A DNA stretch of 64,000 bases from Azolla caroliniana (taxonomy: Eukaryota; Plantae; Polypodiophyta): assembly GCA_043228905.1 (NCBI GenBank), contig JBHGNT010000004.1, positions 23,436,001 through 23,500,000 on the forward strand, given 5' to 3'. The notes under the pieces are model-generated. The model was given only the letters and a program-made list of their open reading frames with translations. It was not told where the DNA came from and did not search any database. Positions 38,763 to 50,004 of the stretch are shown here, one piece after another. Made by a program: the position numbers and the translations under genes. The first letter of the stretch is position 1. Each line of letters starts with the position of its first letter.

Positions 38763-38912
38763 TGAACTAGTTTTCTCTACTTTGGAGTACATAGATTGCT
38801 TTCCTCAAACCATCATCTTATAAAGATGAGTTGGGAAAAATATTTTGTATGTTGTTGTTATGACTTTTCTAAAAACTAATGGAAGGATATGTTCTTTTGA
38901 AAAAAAAAAAAA
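38763..38912 (+). mobile_element. ~150-bp LINE/SINE 3' tail insertion
   Basis: Ends aactaatggaagg...ttttg(A)n; TSD aaaacagacaattgt on both sides. Confidence 0.8.
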
Positions 38913-39221
38913 CAGACAATTGTCGAAGTCCAAAGCAAGAAATTTTCTCTCAAAGAACCTATTGAAAAATATTTGTTTCTAAACAAAGGGAAAGAAAGAC
39001 TTATCGTACAAAATTAACATAAGCAAAGAATGCAACTTCTTGGTTCCTAATGTAGTTTACATAATCCAAGAACCCTCTCTATCCTCTCTTCCTCCAATTT
39101 AAAAAAAAACAACATTATTAATGAACAAGGTGCTCAAATAACCTCTAGTGCTTTTAGTAAAGGAATCATATCTAAATTTAAAGGAGATTGTTACATCCAT
39201 AACCACAACTAATCATGAGAT

Positions 39222-40085
39222 TTCCCCATGTAGTAACATTAGGTCCATATGCAACATCAATGAGGCGCAACATACGTTTCCAAATAGAACATGAGGCCAT
39301 ACAGTTCCATAAGCCATGTTGCATTGATTCCAAGTGAAGCCCACAAAAAGAGCAAGTTTTGGTTCCCTCTTCCCTATGCATCCATTCCAAGACTGGAAGT
39401 GCATCGTGGACACATAACCATCTAAATGTAATGATTTTGTGAGGAATCTATAGAGCCCACAACTATTTCCAAAATGGCAATATTGAATGCATAGGAATAT
39501 TATTATTTAACCATCTCAATACTGGGGAAATGTCTTTTGGATGGACGCAAATGTGGATAAGCATAATTATGAAAGGGAAAAGATATTATTTACCCTTCAA
39601 ACTAGGGGAAGGCAAGTTAAGGGCATACCATACTCAAGCTCAAATCAGTTGAATATGAATGCCACAGTCTGGGCTACAATATCATCGGTGGTTCTATGGA
39701 ATATTTGGATAGATCGATGCAAAAATGTGTTTCAGCAAATAAAGCAAAATCTTGCTCATTGTGTGAAGGAAATTTGGTCGATGCTTATATCAATTTTAAA
39801 AGGTCAATATGACTCCTTCACGGGTAATGAAGATATGATTTTTCTAAAACAACAATCCTTTAAAGGCAAATGGAAGGATTTGTTAGTTTTTGTGGAGAGA
39901 AATGACAAAATGGATTGGCAATATGTACCCCCGCGATGGTTGTTTCTTCCATAGGCGGAGGTTTGTTTCAATTATGACATAATGGGGGATAACTTACTTG
40001 CCACTAGATTGTATCATTATATGTCTTGTATATGCTTTTTGGATTGGTAATGGAAACTATGGTGTAGTTTATTTTTGAAAAAAAA
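39222..40085 (+). mobile_element. L1-like insertion with 5' inversion
   Basis: TSD aactaatcatgagat (39207-39221 and after the A-tail). 39222-~39520 encodes CSFCGLHLESMQHGLWNC...TWGN on the minus strand; 39523 onward continues WGNVFW...WQYVPPRWLFLP on the plus strand. Confidence 0.88.
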
Positions 40086-40625
40086 ACTAATCATGAGATA
40101 GGTTTTAGTTTCCCCTAATCTTATGATGAGTACCCACAAGGTTAATTCTGAAAGTCATGAGGGTATGAATTTAGTTAGAATTCTACAGCGTGAGATAGCT
40201 ATTAAAGTGTGAAAACACATGAGGGTCTAGGGTTTGGTAATGGAAACTATGGTGTAGTTTATTTTTGAAAAAAAAACTAATCATGAGATAGGTTTTTCTT
40301 AGTTTTCCCTAGTCTTATGATGAGTACCCACAAGGTTAATTCCGAAAGTCATGAGGGTATGAATTTAGTTAGAATTCTACAGAGTGAGATAGCTATTAAA
40401 GTGTGAAAACACATGAGGGTCTAGGGTTTGGTAATGGAAACTATGGTGTAGTTTATTTTTGAAAAAAAAACTAATCATGAGATAGGTTTTTCTTAGTTTT
40501 CCCTAATCTTATGATGAGTACCCACAAGGTTAATTCCGAAAGTCATGAGGGTATGAATTTAGTTAGAATTCTATAAAGTGAGATAGCTATTAAACTGTGA
40601 AAACAACACATGAGGGTCTAGGGTT
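40044..40625. repeat. Three tandem copies of a ~190-195-bp unit
   Basis: Units start at 40044, 40234 and 40428 (ttggtaatggaaactatgg...gagggtctagggt). Confidence 0.93.
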
Positions 40626-41455
40626 TCTGCCTATAAACGAAGGCTAGTTACCTCCTTATCAAGGAAGGCTTAACTTATGTTGAGACTATGTCAGTGTGGT
40701 TATGACTCTATGACTCTTGTTATGATTCTTGCTGAACCCAAGGTACAACACCCAAGGTTCCATCTCACATCGTCATTAGGGTGGTTGGGTGGTTTGATAC
40801 CCCTATTACCTTATGTTTTGCTTAAATAATTAGTTAAATTCTACCATAGGCAAAATAACACTCAAATAAGTATCCTTCTTGAAAAGTTTTATATTCAAAA
40901 TGATTCACTAGTATATCCAAACATGGTGAAATTCTAGTTCCACTAGGCAATATTTTTTTTAATGAATATAAATATGAGAATTCAATTGATTCACGATCCA
41001 TTTACATTGCATACGAAAGGTGCAACTATTGTTTTGATAAGATTAATAATAAACCATTAGCTCATTCAAGACTTCTTTTGTAAGAGTAATTTTCCATGTA
41101 CAAAATCCTAGAAATTGAAGCCTTTATTTATATGTCCTATAGGAACAACAGAATAGAAATGACTGTCATGATATGGCAAGACTCAAACCCATGACCTTAT
41201 GTTATATGGGTCGAGCTCTTAACCATTATACCATTCATTATAATACATAGGATATTATTTTCATTTAAGTTTTCTTATAGGAAATTAATGTATATTCTAG
41301 ATTTCTCTAGAACATTCTAGAAGCTTCAGGATTACTCCTGAGAACACTATAAAAGAAGGCACTAGGCATTATTTTGAACCAAATTGGTTCAATGCCAGTC
41401 TTAAGCCTCATAGCCATCTTGTACTTACTCTTCCTATAATATATCGTTTGTTATC

Positions 41456-41495
<40 letters not shown>

Positions 41496-41608
41496 TCTCT
41501 TTCCTCCTTCTTGGGAGCCTTACGTAGTCCTGTCCTCTTAGTTTTACTAATAGTACTTCCCTTCTCTAGTACTAATTCTCTCTCTGTTTTAGTACTATTC
41601 TTGACAGT

Positions 41609-41620
41609 TTGAACCAATTT
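41609..41620 (+). promoter_or_regulatory. Self-priming primer-binding site
   Basis: ttgaaccaattt, 2 nt after the 5' LTR, is the exact reverse complement of aaattggttcaa (41381-41392), which lies ~30 nt downstream of the LTR TATA (tataaaag, 41348). No TGG-initiated tRNA PBS is present. Confidence 0.8.
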
Positions 41621-42819
41621 TTTCCTCTAGTCTTTCTTTTGGTTTCCCTCATCCTCTTATCCTTTTTCTATACAATGGCTTCTGTTAGCGCCCAAGAGTA
41701 CCAATCCGTTTTCTCCGAGCTACAGTGTCTTAAAGAAAAATTTGTTGCCTTGGAACAAGAAAACCAATGGTTGTTAGGGGATCTTCAACAAATCGCCCTA
41801 GAAAAACAACAAACGTAGCAACAACATGGGGAGTTAGCGTTACGTGTGCAACAACTCGAAGCAGTGTTGCAACAACAAGGATCAAGTCCCCATGGATTTC
41901 ATAAAGAGCCCAAGATTGGACTTCCTGTGAAATTTGATGGAACACGATTGCAATTTAGGGGATTCCTCAATCAGGTACGCTTAGTCATTCAAATGCATCC
42001 TTCTCGATACCCCACTGATGCATCCCGAGTTGGCCTAATAGGCATGTTGCTTAGAGGCTCAGCCTTGGCATGGTTTGCTCCGCTTCTGGAAAAACAATCG
42101 CCCTTACTTAATAACTTTGAAGACTTTATTAGTGAGTTTAAAGCTTGCTTTGGAGATACAGACAACATCCGGACGACGATCAACAAAATCCAACGATTGC
42201 GTCAAGGTGATCGTCCAGCCTCTGGCTACGCATCGGATTTTCGTCTACTCGTTTCAGATATCCCCTGGGATGATCATGCACTAATGGAGCAGTTTCACGA
42301 TGGCCTGCGAAACGATGTCAAAGATCTACTTCTAACATTCCCCGAAGAACCAAAGTCTCTTACAGAGGCAATCAGTCGAGCGGTCCGATGTGACAACCGC
42401 CTTTTTGAACGGCGTTCGGAACGTCAATTACAAATACCACGCTCTAGGCCGGAGCCCACTTACGCCTCAGTCGTGGCTAAACCGTTTGCATGAGACATAC
42501 CTCAAGCAAATACTCTAACACTGATGGAGATCGACACCATGCGTCGACGTGGCCTGTTATCGGAAGAAGAAAAGCAACGACGACGTGCAAATTGATTATG
42601 TCTTCATTGCAGTGGACCAGGGCATATCACAATCAATTGTCCCCATAGGCCAAGAAGACAAGTAAATCAAATCATAGCATGTACTAAACCCGAGTCAATT
42701 CTCCCCTTAGGAGTGTCTGATAGTATTAATAGTATCAATAGAGTGTCTGATAGTATTAATAGTACTAGTAGCCCAAGTATCTCAAACAAATTTGAAATCC
42801 TTAGTCAATTAGATGAAGA

Positions 42820-42832
42820 GTTAAACGATTGA
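42820..42832 (+). promoter_or_regulatory. Putative -1 ribosomal frameshift site (G TTA AAC) at the gag/pol junction
   Basis: The gag frame reads GAG TTA AAC GAT TGA; the protease ORF (42829-) is in the -1 frame. The same heptamer plus stop occurs in the relative at 53260-53248 (minus strand). Confidence 0.7.
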
Positions 42833-45800
42833 GTCCAGCCAAAATAGGAGCCATTTGGTTGGACAACCCTAGATCTGTACAACCCATTAGTGGTTCCATT
42901 CCCCCCAAGCAAGTTAGCAATGTGTTCCTAGCCCAAGTCATGGTTAGTACTAAAAGTACTCCCCCAGTACACGTCCTAGCACTTCTAGATTCTAGAGCTA
43001 ATTCCTGTTTCATGGATCGAAATTTTGCCCAAGCTTCTTAGATATCCTTAAGAAAACTTCCTTGCCCCGCATCTGTAGTAGTCATTGATGGTCATCCCAT
43101 TGCCTCCAGGAATATTGTAGAAGAGTCAGAACCCATTCAAGTTGTCCTAGGTAGTTTTGTGTGTGTAGTAGCATTTAATATAATTAGTAGTCCAAAGCAT
43201 CCCATTGTCCTTGGATTACCTTGGTTTGAATTACATAATCCAGACATAGATTGGAGAACAAAGGAAGTCCGACATCGACAACCCCAAGAATCTACTCATC
43301 GAGTTTCGACTATTTCACTACGTCAATTATGCGAAGAAGGACACAAGGAGGCAATGTTCCTATTTGCAATATCAATACATCCTTCCACCACTATTAAGGA
43401 GGAATCCTTAGTGCAACTTCCGGCGAAATATCATCCTTATGCCGATGTATTTGACAAGGTAAAAGCTGGTACTCTTCCTCATCATCGTCCCTATGATTGT
43501 ACCATCGATTTACAACCAGGAGCAGAGCCACCATGGGGACCAATTTACAACTTGTCACCCACCGAGTTAGAAGTCCTTCGAGCCTACATAGAGGAGAACT
43601 TGGCAAGCGGGTTTATTCGTCATTCGAAATCTCCGGCTGGTGCACCCATCTTCTTTGTCAAGAAGAAAGATGGCTCACTTTGTCTCGTTGTTGATTACCG
43701 CGGCTTGAATAAAGTCACCATCTGGAATAGGTATGCACTTCCTCTTATATCAAGTCTTTTAGAGCAAGTTAATGGTGCCAAGTCTTTTACAAAAATCGAT
43801 CTACGAGGAGCGTATAACCTCGTGCAGATCCGACCGGGAGATGAATGGAAGACCGCCTTTCGCATGCGGTATGGGCATTTAGAATATACTATTATGCCGT
43901 TCGGTCTAACCAATGCACCCGAAGTCTTCCAACACATGGCAAATGATATATTCAAAGACCTTGTGGATATCTGATTGATCATCTATCTGGATGATCTATT
44001 GATTTATTCGAAGACCCAGGAAGAGCACGATTCTCATGTACTATTAGTACTAAAATGACTCCATGAGAATGGTCTTTATGCCAAGCTAGAAAAATGTAGC
44101 TTTGACTGCAAGCAAGTGGAATTTCTAGGCTACGTCATCTCCTCAAAGGGCATCTCCATGGATGCAGCTAAAGTACAAACTGTGCTAGAGTGGCAAATTC
44201 CACGGTCGGTACGAGATGTACAATGTTTTCTAGGTTTTGCTAACTTCTACTGAAAGTTTATACAAGATTACTCGAAGATTATTTTACCTCTCACACAACT
44301 TACGAAGAAGGGACAAGCATTTCTTTGGTCTAATGAAGCGAATATGGCTTTTCAGCACCTTAAGAAAGCCTTTACATCAGCTCCTATTCTAGCTCATGTG
44401 GATACAAAGAAACCATTCATCATGGAGGCCGGCGCATCGAATTTCGCCCTCGGTAGCATCCTTTCTCAACAAGGAGTTAAAGAAGAGTTACATCATGTGG
44501 CTTTCCATTCGTGCAAATTTGATGCCGCGGAAATCAACTACGAAATACATGATAAGGAGTTATTAGCCATCATGGATTCCTTTGTGCAATGGTGGCATTT
44601 CTTAGAGGGCTCTCCACATCAAGTCATCGTCTTTAGTGATCACAAAAACCTTGCTTATTTCGAGAACGCTCGAGTGCTAAATCGATGGCAAGCTTAATGG
44701 GCTCAATTCCTCACACGTTTTGACTTCAAAATCACATATCGACCGGGGAAGCAGGAAGGAAAAGCAGATGCGCTCTCATGACGTTCATATCTTGCACCTC
44801 GTCTTGGTGATCCAGCGTTTGATAATCAAAAGCAAGTAATCTTGGGACCAACACGATTGCACACAACGCGGATTTTTCACACTCCAATGGATTCCTGGAT
44901 TACTGATGCCATACGTGCGAACTTGAAGACAAACAGTTTTGCTCAAGACATTCTGGCGCACATTGATATCTCACGGGCATCCTGTTCCCAATCTCAACAA
45001 CCAGGTATGGACTACTGACAATTCAATATCATGATGGTTTGTTATTCTTTAAAAAGCTTCTATATGTCCCTGATAGCTCCTATCGCCTTCAAATCGTCCA
45101 AAATTGCCACGACACCCATATGGCGGGACATTTCGGTATTACTAAGACGTTGGATCTCGTTCAACGATCTTTTTGGTCGCCCCATATGCGACATTTTGTC
45201 GACGACTATGTTCGAACTTGTGATGCTTGCTGCCGAGCAAAGATGCCCAGACACCATCCATATGGCTTGTTGGAACCCTTACCGATTCCAAGTAAGCCGT
45301 GGCAATCTATTTGTCTTGATTTTATCACAGATCTACTGGTCTCGAAGGGGTTCGATGCTATCTTAACCGTCGTCGATGGATATACTAAGATGGCACATTT
45401 TGTGTTGTGTACTAAGGCCATCACTAGCAAGGAAACCACCGCCCTTGTCATGCGTGATGTATTTCGGCATCATGGCCTCCCAGACAGTATCATCAGTGAC
45501 CAAGGACCTCAATTCATCTCCAAATTTTGGCAACATCTCTTCAAGATGCTCAAGGTCTCTTGCAACCTCTCCTCTGGCTACCATCCCTAGACCGATGGGC
45601 ACGCGGAACGAACAAACCAAACGCTGGAACAATATCTCCGGTGTTTTCTGAGTTATCAACAAGACGATTGGGCCGAGATTCTCCACTTTGCGGAGTTTGC
45701 ATATAATAATGTTGTTCACTCCTCGACTCAGGTCTCCCCATTTTACGCTTATACCAATTCTCATCCTCGTTGGTCGGTGATCGACACCCCGGAGCTACCT

Positions 45801-47049
45801 ACCAATCCTCGCGCCGAGGATCATTTGGAGAGGCTACGCAAGATCCAAATGGATCTCTCTACTCATCTTCGTCATGCTCAACACACATAGAAGACTTATG
45901 CGGATCATCATCGGCTTCCCTCCTCTTTTGCCATCGGAGATCAAGTATGGTTCTTACGTCGTCACATCAAGACTACTCGATCGTGCGACAAATTGGATTA
46001 TCGACGACTTGGTCCTTTCCGTATTACTAGTAAAGTTAATGATGTCACGTTCCGCCTTGATCTCCATCCGCATCTTCAGATCCATTCGGTTTTCCATAGC
46101 TCTCTTCTTGAACCTTATATAGCAAACACTATTCCCGATCATGTTCACCACCACCGCCCCCGCTTGAGTTGGAAGTTGGCCCGGAGTATGAAGTTGTTGC
46201 CGTCCTCGATTCCAAACTTGTTCGCAAAAAACTTTATTATTTGATCGATTGGCTCGACTATAGTCCAAGCGAACGTACTTGGGAACCCGTCGAGCATGTC
46301 GCCAATGCTCAGGATCTTCTTGTTGAGTTCCACCGAAAGTATTCGGACAAACCCGGTCCGCAATCAACGCAGACTCGTTCCACTCGTCATCGTAAGGGGG
46401 AGATAGTGTCATGATATGGCAAGACTCAAACACATGACCTTATGTTATATGGGTCGAGCTCTTGACCATTATACCATCTATTGTAATAAGTATAATATTA
46501 TTTTCATTTAAGTTTTGTTATAGGAAATTAATGTATATTCCAGATTTCTCTAGAACATTCTAGAAGCTTCAGGATTACTCCTGAGAACACTATAAAAGAA
46601 GGCACTAGGCATTATTTTGAACCAAATTGGTTCAACGCCAATCTTAAGCCTCATAGCCATCTTGTACTTACTCTTCCTATAATATATCGTTTGTTATCAT
46701 CATCTCTCTCTCTCTCTCTCTCTTCTCTTCTCTTTCCTCCCTCTTGGGAGCCTTACGTAGTCCTGTCCTCTTAGTTTTACTAATAGTACTTCCCTTCTCT
46801 AGTACTAATTCTCTCTCTGTTTTAGTACTATTCTTGACAATGACCAACCCACATATATCTTTTGTCTTCCTCATACTTTCAACAATATATCTTTATCTTA
46901 CGAAGTTTTAGCATCAACCCACATATATCTTTTGTATTCATCCATTGAAGTAACAACTTTATTTGGCATGTTGTTACATTCTTCGTAGAGATTCCAATTG
47001 ATTAACTTGTATGGACCACATCATGATGTTCCTTTTTCTAATGTGTGTG

Positions 47050-49270
47050 CTAACATTCTTACATATGAGAAGATTGGAAAAGTGTTTGTTGTTTGAGATT
47101 TTAATGCCAGAGTTGGAATGCAATGTAGAAGTTTAGGATAGAGTAATGGTATCAAATTTGGCACATGATTCCCAAGATTGTTATAGGCTTCTTGTACAGA
47201 AGCTTAATGGCACAAACTTGAAGGTTCTCATTGGTACCCATGCATTTTCTATGACAAGTCTTTAACATGTTTTCTAGCGTTGGAGGAGAAAGTGTAGTTG
47301 ACTATTCATTGATGAAAGAATGTGATGCATCTATATAGTGAATACATTTAGAATTTCCCATTTGCACCCGACTCAAACCATAATCCCTTATACTTGCAGA
47401 TTGCAACCACAAACTCACACATAGACCAATGCATCAAAGAACAAAAGGAAAAGAGGTACTTTATGTGATCTTATTGTAACATGAGGTTGAGAGCCATGTC
47501 ATGAACCTCTCCCTTAGTAAATATGTCAAAACAAATTGGGACCAATTGAAGGATGTCATTTTTGAAGGTAGGATGTCCATATTCCAACGCATGTGCCAAT
47601 GGAAATCAAATGCTTTGTTTCCCATGTAATAATGCTTGATTTGACGAAGAATGCAAGGCTCATCACAAAATGTTAAAGATCTCAAAAAATGAAAATGTTC
47701 TAACATTGTATTGCTATAAAAAATTAGTGAAGAGAAAGAAGAGATGTTATTATAAAATGCAAGACATGAAAAAAACTCAAATGCGTAATCTCCAACCAAA
47801 GTTAGCATGGAGACAATTCAAGTGATAATAAAAGACTGACATAATTGATGAATTTAGTGATAAATAGATGGCCAATATGTACATAACATTTTTATTCATG
47901 AATCACACTAGAATATTTCCCATGACACTTAGTACAAAAACACCATATAATGCACGTATGTCTATTGACGATGTTAATATAGAGGAAAAATATGTCTAGT
48001 AGCTAAGCGATCAACTTTAATGACAACCAAATTCTTGAAAACTTGAGAAGTCTAGTAGCTAAGCAATCAACTTGAGCCTTCTTTATCATCATGGAGGGTT
48101 ATTTTAAGATCTTGCCAACTACATGGGAATGTTGATGTGGCAAAAGAATTAATTGAATTTATCATCAAGTTGGCGCCAAAAAAAGAAATTGTGGCTGACT
48201 TTTTCCTGGACGTTGGACTATGCATCTTGCTGATTTGGATAATGGTATGGCATCATTGTAATTTCTTTGCTTATAAAGATTCGCGAGGGTTTTTTTTTTC
48301 TTACTTATCTTACATAGAAAGACTGGTTAGAGTCATTCGGCATGGCTTTACAACATTCGAAGTAATATTAGACTATTTTGTACATGGCCTCTGGCCACTT
48401 TCATTTTAATACCAATGGAGGATATTTTTTCAAAAAAAAAAACAGAAGGAGACATTTCATCTCACTTCTTATTGTAAAATACAAAAGCTAGTACATCTGA
48501 TCAAATAGATGATGTCATATATGAACAGTACTATCCACTATCCATATATGAACAAGGAGATAAAAAATTAGTATCCAATAATCAAACTATTATGGTTAGC
48601 TCAAATTTGACCAAGTTTATATAGCTCTATCATGGAACAAATGATTAGCTAATGGGTTGAACATCATCACAAACAAGCACTTGGTCAACCAAGCTTTCGA
48701 CCAAAAAAATCCATTATCTAATCATTTAGTTATACTCAAATTATTTATATAAGAAAGTCGAGTTCAAGGAAATTGATATACTAATGTTTTGTGGACTTCA
48801 AGAAACCCTTTGACACTATACCAAGAATTCAACTTTCGAAAAAAATGACAAAGATTGGAACACCATTAGAGCGTCGAGTACTTGTAGCGTGATTGTATGG
48901 GCAAGTTAGATGCCAATTCAAAAAAAGAATTATCATTCAAAATAAGACTTCATCAAGCAGACTTTAGACCAAAGCATTCAATTATTGATAATTTACAAAG
49001 GAATTATAGAAGAAAGTCAACTCCAAGAGAAATTGTTTGACTATTTTTTTGTGGACTTCAAGGAATCCTTTAACACCATACCAACTACTGAACTTTGGAA
49101 AAGAATGATAGAGATCAAAATGTATTTAGAGTATAGAGTACTTAAATCATGATTGTCGGAGCAAGTTTGATGCTTATTGGAAATGGATAATGGTTTCTCA
49201 AAGTACTCATTGAGAAACAAGGGGGGCAAGTAAGGGTCTCTCTCTCTGGTTTATAAATTGGACAAGTAGA
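47050..49270 (+). mobile_element. Degraded non-LTR (RTE/L2-like) retrotransposon: endonuclease and RT remnants
   Basis: DFNARVG and SVVDY endonuclease-like motifs near 47095-47305; FVDFK---(D/N)T RT motif twice (~48787, ~49045); many stops. A short poly(A)-tailed L1 tail is inserted, ending ~48442. Confidence 0.6.
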
Positions 49271-49634
49271 ATGATAGAAGATTCAAATAGTCACGTGGCC
49301 TTCCAACAAATCCCAAGAAACATTTGACATCACATATGGATCATTGTTACCGTACGAGATGTACAGAGAGTTGAGTGTGACGAGGGCGAAAGAGTAAAGT
49401 GTTGATGTGTATGTGTAAATGTGTACAAGTGTAATTGTGAGTGTGAGTAGTTGTGTATGTGAACACATTACACACGTGTGTGCATGTGGACAGATAAGAA
49501 GAGGTGTGAGTGAGTGATTAGTTTGAATGACTAAGGGGGCTTGCACCCCTATGTATCTATCCCTCTTGTAACTATTTAACCCCCTTGTGGGGAGGGAATG
49601 TAAAAGTAATACGTTCTCTCTCTCTCTCTCTCTC

Positions 49635-49757
49635 GACTTTGTGCTTCAACATATGAATACCCCTTCTTAGGAAGGAGACATATATCAAGAACACATATAT
49701 ACTCTGGTCCCATAGGTCAAAATTGGCCTCTTTATGGACGATAAAAATTATAATTCT

Positions 49758-49762
<5 letters not shown>
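49635..49762 (+). mobile_element. Short LINE 3' tail inserted in a (CT)n microsatellite
   Basis: Matches 57952-58053 + 58967-58990 (…ctctggtcccataggtcaaaattggcctctttatggacgataaaaa…aattctaattct); flanked by (CT)n on both sides. Confidence 0.8.
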
Positions 49763-49800
<38 letters not shown>

Positions 49801-50004
49801 CTCTCACGTTGAACCCCCTTGAGAGGGGGGTGGAGCCATTCTAGGCACCACCCCCCACCCTAGAATGCGTCTTAATGCCCTAGCCATAGCCATCAACCCC
49901 ACAATGCTTATTATATTCCCATCATAACCCTATTTTACCATTACCATTCATCATCATAATCATCGTCATTGATCCTAACCTACAACACTATTTAGGGTTG
50001 ATCC

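Larger units (their letters stand above)
41164..46839 (+). mobile_element. Full-length Ty3/Gypsy chromovirus LTR retrotransposon (Tcn1/sushi-like), inactivated by stops and frameshifts
   Basis: LTRs 41164-41606 and 46407-46839 (TG...CA); TSD ATGAC; PPT aagggggagatag. Gag from ATG 41675 (KFDG...F, CLHCSGPGHITINC), protease LLDS, RT (SPAGAPIFFVKKKDG, MPFGLTNAP, YLDD), RNase H (NYEIHDKELLAI), integrase (HDTHMAGHFG...CDAC, LDFITDL, ISDQG), chromodomain (EYEV...YYLIDW...TWEP). Confidence 0.97.

Noticed and set aside
41172-41240. Functional tRNA gene on the minus strand of the LTR
   Set aside because: Acceptor and anticodon stems do not pair properly; reported only as a tRNA-like promoter module.
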